From Octopus sinensis (Eukaryota), in NCBI RefSeq assembly GCF_006345805.1, contig NC_043013.1, positions 29,078,001 through 29,142,000 on the forward strand: DNA of 64,000 nt, in the 5' to 3' direction. The position numbers and the translations under genes are program-made. A model generated the notes under the pieces. The model did no database searches. It was not told where the DNA came from and saw only the letters and a list, made by a program, of their open reading frames with translations. Positions within the stretch are counted from its first letter, which is position 1, and each line of letters starts with the position of its first letter. This document shows positions 51,780 to 64,000 of this stretch, piece after piece.

Positions 51780-53400
51780 ATACACATTTTTGATAATAAG
51801 AAATAAAATTAATTATTCCAGTAGTGTAGAATTCGGGACACCTGGAACCAATGAATTCTTCGAAGGAATTTTGCACAACAGCTTAGTTGCTGAAGACCCG
51901 ATTCTGAAGGAAGCTGTCGAGATCCATGTAAAACATAGTAATAGTCAGTTGAAGAGAGATCTGGTGAATAAGTTGGCTTTGATAGATTTTTGTAATCTAA
52001 TCCATTAAATTTCTGTCGAGTTATTGACCAAATATATGGCAGGACGCAGTCACGGAAATGGTTTTTCTTTTTCTGATTGATCAATGCTGGACGTAAACGT
52101 ATATTTTCTCGATTTCCTGTCAATACTTCCCCGCTGTGATAGTTTCGCCAGAATTCAAGAAACAACAACAGAAGTGGAGGGCGCAATGGCCCAGTGGTTA
52201 GGGCAGTGGACTCGCGGTCGTAGGAACGCGGTTTCGATTCCCAGACCGAGCATTGTGAGTGTTTATTGAGCAAAAACACCTGAGCTCTACGAGGCTCCGG
52301 CGGGGAGTGGGTGGTGAACCCCGTTCTACTCTTTCACCACAACTTTCTCACACTCTTTCTTCCTACTTCTGCCACAAAGCCGAGGAACCATGGTGCAACT
52401 CACTACGGTGTGGTAAACTTTCAGCCCCTAGTCTAGATTGCGAATCTTTTGTACCCCAGGATGGTTCAGCTCTCCACCCGTTAAAAGCCACCGTTTACAG
52501 AATGAGGATAACAACGTAGCTTTCGCTCCCGTGCAACCGCGAGTCTATCGCGTGTGGTGGGTGGATCTTCAAGTTGCCACACGCATTCTTAGTAGCTCAG
52601 AGTAGGCTCGAATTAGAGTTTATTTTTTGTGGCTAATGACGTGAGTCCTGATTGGAAGAAGAAGAAGAAGAAGAAGAAGAAGAAGAAGAAGACAACAACA
52701 GAATATTCCACTTGCTGACTATCAAACAGTAAGCATAACTTCCATACGAAAGTATTCAGATAATATTTTACAATGGCCCGGCAATTGAGTAGGACGCTGT
52801 TGTCTGCCGTACGGAATCTATTTTTCGTTAAATGTCACGTTGTGATTAAGAAATAGATCGTGTTTTGTTGCGCAAACGAAAAAACAAAACAAAAAAAAGT
52901 GAATAAATCAAACCCGCAAAGCAAATTTTGCATCGGCAATTTTGAAAAATTTTTACTCGTTAGGTTTCCTTTTATCAAACTCTTTCGATTTCCCAATGTG
53001 GTACAAATGTCAAATAACTGCTGACATTTGAATTGTTTTGCGTGGGTCCGCTTCAATAATGACCCTCAATTGGTCGTTCTCAATCGCAGAAGGCCATCTG
53101 TGACCTTTTGTTTCTCTTCATGTTTTTTCATATCTACTATGAAATTTTCGGAACCAATTTTGAGCTGTACGTTTATTTACGGCCCCAGGCAAAATGCTTG
53201 ATTGATATTTCTAGCAATGTCTGCTGTTCTGCATTCCGTTTTGCACTCGTGCAATAAAATCACTCAGCTTTGCGTTTTTCTAATAGCCTAAAATAAACAA
53301 GAATACAGTGAAAACAAAATAAATAACCATAATTTTAAGGACCAAAATCCGTGTTTCAAATGGTAAATTACATGAAAATAAATGTTTATTCGAAAATAAA
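51780..53400 (-). mobile_element. Decayed mariner transposon interrupted by a SINE
   Basis: N-terminal ARNINQAF..RTAQNWFRKF..ENDQLRVIIEADPRKT (about 53030-53270); C-terminal PTYSPDLSSTDY (about 51940-52000). Confidence 0.8.
52174..52691 (+). mobile_element. tRNA-Arg-like SINE with a distinct tail ending in (GAA)n
   Basis: 12-bp TSD ACAACAACAGAA at 52162-52173 and 52692-52703. Confidence 0.85.
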
Positions 53401-53928
53401 TATCAATGTTTAAAATAAAAAATGTAAAAACCCAAAAATCTACAAGGCGTATGCGTGGCTATGTGGTAAGAAGTTTGCTTCCCAACGACATGGTTCCGGG
53501 TTCAGTCCCACTGCGTGGCATCTTGGGCAAATGTCTTCTACTATATCCTCGGGCCAACCAAAGCTTTGTGAGTGGCTTCAGTAGACTGAAACTGAAAGAA
53601 ACCCGTCGTGTGTGTGTGTTTATGTTGTCCCCTACCCATTACCTGATATTGGTGTGTTTATGTCCCTGTAACTTAGCGGTTTGGCAAAAGAGACCGATAG
53701 ACTAAATACCAGGCTTTAAAAAAAAGAATAATTACTGGAGTTGATTCGTTCGACTAAAATTCCTCAAGGCGGTGCCCCAGCATGGCCGCAGTCTAATGAC
53801 TGGCAGAAGTAAAAAATACAAAATAAATATTTGATAAACTGAGAGTGGACTATGCGGAGCAGGAGGACACACGTGCCACTGTTTACTATATATTACAAGC
53901 TGAGGTAGACTACCTAGCAGACAAGTGT

Positions 53929-53976
53929 CCATCACTGAAGATGATCAAACAAGACTGAAATCACGCGATACTGTGG
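53929..53976 (+). ncRNA. Degenerate minimal hammerhead
   Basis: CCAUCA-CUGAAGA-UGAUCAAACAAGACU-GAAA-UCACGCGA-UA-CUGUGG; near-palindromic helix III. Confidence 0.5.
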
Positions 53977-55612
53977 TTTCCGAGCTAGGATAGTAAGCAG
54001 TACAAAGCACACTGAATAATCAGCTGGAAGATGCGTCCTTCCGGGGTTAAAATAATTGTATCATCTGTTCTTATAGAACACCCACGTTTAGGTGGCGATA
54101 AACATTACTTCGAAATATAATCCCTGATGTACGAAAAGATGGGGCAGTCACAACTGGAACGTCTCTTATATATCTGTGCAATTAGTGCTTACATGAGGGT
54201 GAAACGTTCATGAACAAGCAAGATTATTTTTTGTAGGTAGACACAGAAGACAGCATCAAATGCATTAGCGTTTCGTGAAAGAACTTTATTGAAAGTGCCA
54301 TCTCGCGATAGTTTGAAAATCGCTGATAATATTTTAAATGCTTTAATCAACTCGATAGCTTCTCAGAAAAATTTAATTTTCTGCATATAGCTGTTGCTCT
54401 TTATCAAACAAATACACGTTTTCATATGGAGCCAGCGAGACAGTTTTTTTAAGTGTTCGCTTGCTCGACTTGTTTGATATAACACCCAGATCTCTCTTAG
54501 GTCACACGTTATCATCTTAAAATTGTAAAGGACACGTTACATAATGTAGTCTTAAATACACAATGTTAAAATTAGACAAAAGCATTGAAGTACTTTTGAT
54601 CACACTTCTGTCCAGTTTCAGGTTGACCAAGGGCTAAACAACAATAAGCACCGCCGCCGGCACCTTTGTCCAGAAGCGTTCGCTTCAAATCTTAATTTAT
54701 GTAAATCTTACAGGAGAGGATAATACCTATGTGTAATCAAACGAAATCGATATATTCTTCAGAAGAAGACCAAGTGAGAGGGAGATTTATATATTGAACG
54801 ATAATCCAAGCTGAGATTGACAGATGTAAAAATGTTTGGAATTCTGAGATATTGAAATAGGAAGTCTAGTCTTTTATTTATTCTTTTGAAAGTATGCTAT
54901 GAATAATAACTGTTGGAACGTTCAATCGTTGGCACGCCGGGTAAAATGTTGAGCGGCATTTCGTCCGTCTTTACGTTCTGAGTTCAAATTCTACCGAAGT
55001 CCACTTTGCTTTTCATCCTTTTGGGGGTTGAAAAAATAAGTACCAGTTGAGTGTTGGTGGGTGGGTGATGTCAAAGTATTCGACTTAACCTCTCCTCTGA
55101 AACTGCTAATATTGTGGCAAAATTTGAAACCAATATGGGACAAATAAAAATATGATGGCGTTTAAATTAAAAATATGACAATTAAAAATATGATGTTAAT
55201 CAGTTCTCTCTGTCTTTCTTTCTTTGTCTCTCTCCTCCTATTTCTCTCTGTCTGTCTGTCTCTCGCTCGTTCGCTCTGTATTCCTGATGAATTCTGTAAA
55301 CTTATATATAAGGTGATATTCCATGAGTTGAGTATCATTTTTGAGACTAAGACTCAGAATTTATGTACTGAATGATAGTATCTGTCTGTCTGTCTATCTT
55401 TCTCTCTATCTATCTCTTTTACTCTTCTTCAGTCATCTGATTACGGCCATGTTGGAGCACCGCATTTAGTCGATCAAATCACTCTCAGGACTTATTCTTT
55501 GTAAGCCTAGTACTGATTCTATCGGTCTCTTTTGCCGAACCGCTAAGTTACGGGGACGTAAACACACCAACATCGGTTGTCAAGCGATGGTGGGACAAAC
55601 ACAGACACACAA

Positions 55613-55685
<73 letters not shown>

Positions 55686-55837
55686 AAGGACGCGTTTCTT
55701 TCAGTTTCTGTCTATCAAATCCACTCACATGGCTTTGGTCGGCCCGAGTCTATAGTAGAAGACACTTGCCCAAGGTGCCACGCAGTAGGACTGAACCCGG
55801 AACTACGTGGTTGGGAAGCAAGCTTCTACCACACTGC

Positions 55838-55881
<44 letters not shown>

Positions 55882-56537
55882 ATATCTATCTATCTATCTA
55901 TCTTTCTATCTATCTATCTACCATTGTATTATAATTCATTAAATTCATATTATCATTAATATTGATATTCATAACCATTAAAGCGGTGAGCAAGCAAAAA
56001 GGCTTAGCAGCATTTCCGCCATCGTAACGTCCCTTTAATCCTTTCGGGGGTCAATAAATTAAGTACCAACTTATCACAGGAATCGATATAATCGACTTAA
56101 CCACTCTTCAATATTTTTACATTTATAAAATATATTTCCTACATATTATTAGATGCTCTTTTACGCTTCAGTCATTAGACTGCGGCCATGCTGGAGCACC
56201 GCCTTAACCGACATAAACACACCAACATCCATTGTTAAGCGATAGTGGGGTGCCAAACAGAGACACAAAGTTACAGACACACACACACACACACACATAT
56301 ATATACACACACACACACACACATACACGACGGGATTCTTTCAGTTTCTGTCTACCAAATAACACCCAAAAGGCTTTGGTCGGCCCGAGGCTATAGTAGA
56401 TGACACCTGGCCAAGGGGCCATGCAATTGGACTGAACCCGGAATCATGTGGTTGGGAAGCAAGCTTCTTACCACCACACCTTTGAATAAATTGCGAATAG
56501 TACATTTTTACTATTTTAAATGTTATTATAATGTATT

Positions 56538-56711
56538 GGAGGCGAAATGGTCCAGTGGTTAGGGTAGCGGACTCGCGGTTGTAGGATCGCAGTTTCGATT
56601 CCCAGACCGGGCGTTGTGTGTGTTTATTGGCGTCATTCAAAGGCTAAAACAATGCGAATGCATTGAGACCAGCGATGTGTAGCAACATCTGATGGTCTGG
56701 TCGGTCACGTG
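56538..56711 (+). mobile_element. Internally deleted tRNA-Arg-like SINE
   Basis: Head and tail of the 20845 family joined directly; imperfect TSD ATTATAAT(G/A)TATT. Confidence 0.8.
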
Positions 56712-57829
56712 ATTATAATATATTATTTAAAGGCGTCGAGCTGGCAGAATCGTTAGCACGCCGGGTGAAATGCTTAGCGTTATTTCGTCTGCCGCTTCAA
56801 TCTCAATTCAAATTCCGCCGAGGTCGACTTTTCCTTTCATCTCCTAGGGGTTCACTAAATAAGTACCAGTTACGCACTGGTCTCGGTGTAATCTACTATC
56901 ACCCTTCCCTCAAATTCCAGGCCTTGTCCCTATAATAGAAAGCATTATAGTATATTATTCTCATATAATACAAGGGTGGCAAGCTGGCAGAATCGGTACC
57001 GCTCCAGACGAAATGCTGAGAGCATTTCTTCCGTTTTTTTTTTCTTTAACGTTCAGCGCTTAAACTCCGTCGAGATCGACTTTGCTTTTAGTCCTCTCGG
57101 AGTCGATGAAATAAATACTAGTTGAGTTCTGGGGGTCGATGTAATCGTTTCCCCTTCCACTCAGAATTGCTGGCTTTGTGCCAAAATCATAAAGAATTTT
57201 ATTATTCCACAATAAAATTACATTATTTATTATTCCATATTAATTCGTGAAACACTGACATAGCTATGACAAGAACTTAGAGACTCGGGATTAGTTGATG
57301 ACGCAAACCGGATGTTATTTAAACAAATAAACGAACCTCAGATTTATGAGTATAACAGTGTGGAAGGCGGCTAATAGCTATTTCACACTTCTAGGCATGC
57401 GTAAGCTGGGATTCTAACCCGGTTTCAATTCCCAGTTAAATATAATCCATTTACTTCGCTTATGCTAATTTTACAAAAAATGCATGGATGTTACTCAGCC
57501 TAAATCCCATTTCCCTATAAATTTGAGATCCCGTGCCAGAATTAAAAAAGAAGATAATCAATACCGCTTCAAAGAGAAGAAAAGGAAGAACACAAGAGGT
57601 AATTCAATCTCTTTGGAAAATATATAACCGTGACTTTGGGGAATATATATGAACATCACAAATAATATCTCTTTTCCTCCTTCCAACTAAATTTGTGACA
57701 TTTTCTCATCTGACTGCTTAGTTTTAAAGCAAGGAACATCTCACCGCTCTAAGCAGTATAACAACAACAACAACAATAATAATAAAATCGTGAGCAGGTT
57801 CGGTACCTTGCAGTATTAAGCAGTGACTA

Positions 57830-58312
57830 ACTACTACTACTACTGCTGCTGCTACTGCTACTGCTGCTACTACTACTACTACTACTACTACTACCACTAC
57901 CGTCACCGCTACTACACTGTTATTACTAGCACGACGACGACCACCACTACTACTAGCAGCATCTTTATCAAGATGACGACGACCACTACCACAGCACAAC
58001 CGCCGCCAACCACCATCACCATCACGACGAGGACGACCACCACCAACACCACCACCACCACTACTGCTACTACCACGACTACTACCACTACCACCATCGC
58101 TCCTCCTCTTCCACCTCTACTACTACTACTACTACTGCTACTACTGCCATCATCACTCTTCTGCCAACAACCACCACCATCACCACCACCACCGCCACTA
58201 CCACCACCACCACTACCACCACCACCACCACCACTACTACTACTACTACTACCACCACCACCACCACCACCACCACCACCACCACCACCACTACTACTAC
58301 TACTACTACTCG
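57830..58312. repeat. Compound (TAC)n/(CAC)n trinucleotide repeat
   Basis: Direct reading. Confidence 0.95.
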
Positions 58313-58589
58313 TCTTTTGCGTTTTCTTCCCACTCCTTCCACCCCCACCCTCCGCCCTTCTGTCTGCTTTTGACTCGAACTGAATCGATGCGGAGCAAAA
58401 TAGGCGCTTTCGATGCGAGCGAAAGTAGTTCAGTGTTTGGTTTGTTTTTCTTTCGCAAGAGAAACAACCGAAGAGATCAGGATTCCCGGTTGGTCCCTGT
58501 CTTCCCATTTTCTTATTAAGAGACAAAATCTCAAACTTGTAGTATTTTGTGTGTGAAGTTTTTTGACACAGGGACAGAAGACAGGAATT

Positions 58590-59395
58590 TGGGAGAGAAA
58601 GAGAGTGAGAGCGGAAGAGGGAGAGAGATGGAGAGAGATGGATAGAGAAATGGGAAGAAAGGGATGGAGAGAGAGAGAGGAAGAGGGAAGTGAAAGAGGG
58701 AGAGAAAATGAGAGGTAGAGGGATGGAGAGCGATGGAAAGAAAGAGATGGAAAGAGGGAGAGAGGAGGAGGGAAGTGAAAGAGAGAGAGAAAAGGAGAGG
58801 TAGGGAGATGGAGAGCGATGGAAAGAAAGAGATGGATAGAAAGAGGGGAGAGAAGAAAAGAAAGAGGGAGAGAGAGAGGGAGAGGTGGAGAGAAAAGAGA
58901 AAGAGGGAGATATGGAGAAACGGAGATTGAGACATGGACAGAGAGGGAGAGTAAGAGATATGGAGAGGGGGGAGAAGGAGAAGGAGAGAGGTATAGTTGA
59001 TTATTGTATCGATCTAGGGAGTTGAATGATATTTTGCTTTATCGACCGAAAGGTAAAGAGGAAAGGTAAAGAAGAAGAAAAGGAAGAGGAAGGAAAGAAA
59101 AAGAAGAAAAAGAATGAAAAGAAGGAAGAAAATATTAGAGGAAGGTGGTGGTGGTGGTGGTGATGATGGTGGTGATGATGGTGGTGGTGATGGTGGTGAT
59201 GGTGGTGGTGATGGTGGTGGTGGTGGTGATGGTGGTGGTGATGGTGGTGGCGGTGGTGATGGTGGTGGTGGTGGTGATGATGGTGGTGGTGATGTGGTGA
59301 TGGTGGTGGTGATGGTGGTGATGATGGTGGTGGTGGTGATGGTTGTGGTGGTGATGGTAGTGTTGATGGCAGTGGTGGAGATGATGGTAATTACT
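58590..59395. repeat. Polypurine GA-rich tract followed by (GGT/GAT)n
   Basis: Direct reading. Confidence 0.9.
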
Positions 59396-59622
59396 GTTGA
59401 AGACAAAGTTTGCGTCCTTTTCTTTATTAGCAGCTAATCATGTAACGCTTATTTAAGCATTAATCTTAATCTATCGTGCGATCCGCTCTGTTGTAAGTAT
59501 CCGCACTTAATATGCATATATGGGTACAGGATGTCAACAACAGTAAACAACATGAAATACGAAAACAAATGAGTTAAATACGCAAATAACGAGAGAAAAA
59601 ATGGGACAAGTAATACAAAGAA

Positions 59623-59752
59623 TGACCCTTCATCAGTTGTCGGCTGTCTAGTCTATCTATTCCCTATTTCGAGCAATCAACGACAGTATGAGTCTTCGAA
59701 GACAGTTGCTCTCATAAATACCAAAATAAGATTTGGGATTTATGGAGGGTCA
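59623..59752 (-). ncRNA. Candidate permuted hammerhead, copy 2 (partly eroded)
   Basis: CUCAU-A-CUGUCG..UUGCUC-GAAA-UAGG..AGACAG-C-CGACAA-CUGAUGA-AGGGUCA. Confidence 0.55.
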
Positions 59753-59978
59753 AAGTTAGGAACAAAAACAGGACAGTGGAGACATACAGGGAAAGCAAAC
59801 GAGGGTCGTTACACCTGAGCGAGGGGAAAATAGTGAACGCTGAGAGAAATATTTCTTTTGAAAAGAGTAAAGATAGAAGAGAGAGATAGGAGACATCCAG
59901 TCCTTAGAATGTCCGTGCAGGAAAGAAAGATGGTCACGTGAGGAAAAGAAAGGTGGAGGATGGTCACGTGTGAGCAAC

Positions 59979-60012
<34 letters not shown>

Positions 60013-60410
60013 AAGAGGGAGAGATAGAGATAGACAGAAAACGGTGAAAGGGAGGGGATTAGAGAGGTGGGGGAGAAAACAGTATAGAGTAGAGTCGCAT
60101 CGAAAATATTAAGATAAACTTACTTGGAAATGGATACGTGGCGTTCAATTAAATAAAAATATAAAAAATATATATAATATATATAATGATATAAATAATG
60201 TATATATATATATGCATATGTACATATGTATATGTAGATACTTATATCTTTACGTTTATGCATATACATATGTGGGCACAGGACTTCACGGAACGTAAAC
60301 AACATAAAAAATGCGAAAACATGAGATACGAAATACGAATATATGGAATATGAACTTTTTTGCAACAACGAAAGTAGCAAATGGAAAGCAAGACAAGTAA
60401 CATAACGAAC

Positions 60411-60539
60411 GACCCTTCATCAGTTGTCGGCTGTTTTTCTTATCCGTATTTCGAGCAATTCAACGACAAGATACACCTTCGATAAAACAGTTGCTCCTGC
60501 AAAACAAATTAAATAAAATTTGGGATTTTGCGGAGGGTC
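60411..60539 (-). ncRNA. Candidate permuted hammerhead, copy 3
   Basis: UGUAU-C-UUGUCG..UUGCUC-GAAA-UACG..AAAACAG-C-CGACAA-CUGAUGA-AGGGUC. Confidence 0.7.
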
Positions 60540-60647
60540 AAAATTGGTAACAAAAACAGGATAGTGAAAACAAACAGGAAGGGCTGTTAAGCCTAAACGA
60601 GATGAAGTGGCGAACGCGAAGAACCAAGCTTGGATAAGAGACAGACG

Positions 60648-61000
60648 ATATTTCGTCTGTCTTTACGCTCTGAGTTCAAATTCTGCCGAGGTCGGCATTG
60701 CCTTTCATCCTTTCGGGGTCGGTTAAATAAGTACCAGCTACGCACTGGGGTCGATATAATCGACTTTATCCGTTTGTCTGTCCTTGTTTGTCCTCTCTGT
60801 GTTTAGCCCCTTGTGGGTAGTAAAGAAATTGGTATTTCGTCTGTCTTTATGTTCTGAGTTCAAATTCCGCCGAGGTCGACATTGCCGTTCATCCTTTCGG
60901 GGTCGATAAATTAAGTACCAGTTGTGTACTGGGATCGATCTAATCGACTGGCCCCTCTCCCAAAGTTTCGGTTCCTTGTGCCTAGATTAGAAAAAAATTA
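60648..61000 (+). mobile_element. SINE with tandemly duplicated body
   Basis: Unit TATTTCGTCTGTCTTTA..GTACCAG.. repeated at about 60650 and 60833. Confidence 0.8.
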
Positions 61001-62533
61001 TTAGCTCTGGCTAATTCTAGAGCACATTTTATATCATAAATCTCAATTTTTGTTTTTTCATTTCCCATCTATATCATTCATTGATATTTCATACACATTC
61101 CGCATTTGATACAGTAGTTTCAAAAACAAAACTAAAATGTTTATTTTTACAATTGAATAGAAAAAAATAAATATGCTTTTTTTTTCAGCGATCCCCATTT
61201 GGGACTTTTGAAAAACTTATCATAAATTTCCAAAATAATTCACATATATTCTTTTATTCTTTAGTCGAGCAAATCGACCCCAGGACTTATTCTTTATAAG
61301 CCCAGTACTTATTTTATCGATCTCTTTTGCCGAACCGCTAAGTTACGAGAACGTAAACATACCAGCATCGGTTGTTAAGCGATGTTGGGTGGGGAGGGAC
61401 AAACAGAGACACAAACACACACACATACATATATTTACGACAGGCTTCTTTCAGTTTCCGTCTACCAAATCCCCTCACAAGGCTTTGGTCGACCCGAGGC
61501 TATAGTAAAAGACACTTGGCCTTCAGTGGGACTGAACCCGGATCCATGTGGTTCGTAAGCAAGCTACTTACCACACAGCCACTCCTAAGAAAATTTAAAT
61601 ACTATATATCATTTTAACTACAAAGACACCTGGTAAAGCCAAAAAATATGAATAAAAAATTTGGCAGTTAATGGGTTAACATAATATGTCTAATTGCTGA
61701 AATAAAAGATTACTACACATTAAAAAATTCCCCTCTGCAAGCCCCTGATTGTGTGTACGGGAAAGACCGCCATGTTTAATTTGCTGAAATAAAAGAATGT
61801 TTGGTTGAGTTGTTATGTATGTCGAGCCTCCATCAGTCTGAAGGTGGTTACGTATCTGCACATGTATGCGAAAGCGTGAGCAAAGTTTAAGTAAAAGACC
61901 GGCAGTTATCTATACATACAAGGCTTCTTTTTCCACGCTTCGGACGTTGTTGTTCGGGAAAAACCGCCGCCTTGGGATCGATACAACCTGGCACCAGTGT
62001 TGCTGTTAGATCTCAAAGGGACGCAGCAGACCATCAAATCCAACACGTTAACAATTAAGTTAATCATCGCCCTGGATTAGTCATTTTTTTTTATTGACCC
62101 TGAAAAGATGAATAGCAAAATTGATCTCAGCGGGATTGGAACTTGGAGCGTAGAGAGTTGGAACAAAATTATCGCGGATTATTTTATACAACTTTCTAAC
62201 GATTATTTCAATTTGTTGCTCTTTTGAGTCGTTAGCTTATCAAGAGTTTAACGGTTCATATATTGCTGTTGATTTTGCATTCTAAGCCTTGTTAAGAAGC
62301 ATTCTCTCAACGGTTCAGTCAACCGATCGACAAATATGGATCTAAGCATGATAACGTGCTCACTGTACTGTAAGCACTGGCCACGTGTAATTCGGAAACA
62401 TTCAAATCTACAGCGATAGAGCTTCTTCTTATCTCCAGAGACCTTATAGAGATATACATAAGTTTAATGGACTATAAAGCCCCATTAAAGAAAATGTAAT
62501 AGACTGGTTTGCAATCGACAGAAACTTAAAGAG

Positions 62534-62566
<33 letters not shown>

Positions 62567-62631
62567 ATCATCCCCATCAAATCACGCGCCGCCTGTTTTA
62601 GTTAATACTTGAGGTAAAACTGATCGAACGA

Positions 62632-62843
62632 GATTGTGCTGAAATGGTCCTGGCTTTGGGTAAATACAGGACGATCAGTTAATTATGATTTTATTCAACA
62701 TATTCCTCTCTCAGATTCACACACTTATTGCAGCGGTCCTTCAGTTTTTCTAAGCCCTGTAAAAGAACTCGGAAGGCTGGGCCTCCAACTAGGCCTTTCG
62801 CTACACCCTTAATGCCTGGACTCTTTTTCAGCATCTCTTCGTA
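62632..62843 (-). mobile_element. Mariner-derived MITE, copy 2
   Basis: Reverse complement of 46191-46416. Confidence 0.75.
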
Positions 62844-63878
62844 TATGGTTATCCGATATTTCATTCGAATGATCTTCGCTCACCAAAGTGGCCACTTTCG
62901 TTTGCTTATGAGATAAACACTTTACGTAAAATCATAAATATCATAAAAATTTTAATAGAAAAATGTTAAATTTAGCTTCAGCTGTGCACATAATTTTACC
63001 ACGGATATTGCAAGCATCAGGTGTCAAAATATTTAACAAATACGGTCAACAACAACGTTAAAAAAGAAAAGAATGCTTGACAGGGAAACTATTGAGAGAT
63101 AAACACGTCTTACACAGGCAAATTAACTTTGTAAACATTGGTATAAAATATCTAAAACTTCTGTATGCAGCGTTAACATCGTTAAGAGCACGTTAATGGA
63201 TGTAAACGTTTCTATCATTACTCATAACATTCATGTTGCAATATTTCGAAGAATAACCTTACAAACGAAAAACCGAAAACGTATCACCCCAAATCTAACT
63301 AAACAGAGCCCTTTACGGTACGTTTGGGGATGGTTTTATAACAGTTATACAGGATGTCCATAAATTACCGTTACAATTTGAAGTTTGAAAGGGTTGAACT
63401 TGTAAAAATAATTCATGGACAGGCTGTTTATTGGCTTATGTATTTACTGAATTTAAATTTTGGCACAAGGCCAGCAATTGTGGGAGAGGGTGCAAGGCTA
63501 TTACATTGATCCCACTGCTCGACTGGTGCTTATTTTATCGTTCCCGAAAGGATGTAAGGCAAAGTCGATCCCGGTGGTATTTGAACTCAGAATGTACAGT
63601 CGGAAGAAATGCCAATAACCAATTTTTCCGGACAGTAACGTTTCTACCAGCTCGCCGCTATAGCGTATTTACATATTGGTTTCACATATTGGCAGAAGGC
63701 CAGCAATTTCAAGGAAGGGGCTAAATCGTTTACATCGCCCTCAGTGTTCGACTGGTACTTATTTTATTGACACAGAAAGGATGAAAAGCAAAGTAAACTC
63801 AGAACGTAAAGATGGACGAAATGTCGCTAAACATTTGAACCGGCGTGCGAACTATTCGACCAGCTTGCCGCCTTAGCG

Positions 63879-64000
<122 letters not shown>

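Noticed and set aside
57823-59437. Pro/Gly/Ser-rich ORFs
   Set aside because: Microsatellite and polypurine artefacts.

Overview
AT-rich, repeat-saturated animal genomic DNA. The SINE families, Dong/R4, RTE and Penelope remnants and the very high microsatellite load look like Octopus (inference). No intact host protein gene is recognisable, and nearly all listed ORFs are microsatellite or SINE artefacts. The real coding remnants are all transposon-derived: a near-full-length, disabled RTE LINE (34497-38352), a CR1-group LINE split by a SINE (18747-20800), several Dong/R4 fragments sitting in (TAA)n, three Penelope GIY-YIG fragments, and mariner/Tc1, piggyBac, hAT and Tigger MITEs. The main hidden signal is RNA structure: about 13 hammerhead-ribozyme (HHR) motifs in Penelope-like ends. 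Three of these (23816-23932 +, 59623-59752 -, 60411-60539 -) keep the CUGAUGA/GAAA/UH core and covarying helices, but in a strand order that is not a circular permutation of types I/II/III. They are a candidate pseudoknotted hammerhead class. Repeat boundaries were read by eye and are approximate unless a TSD is given.
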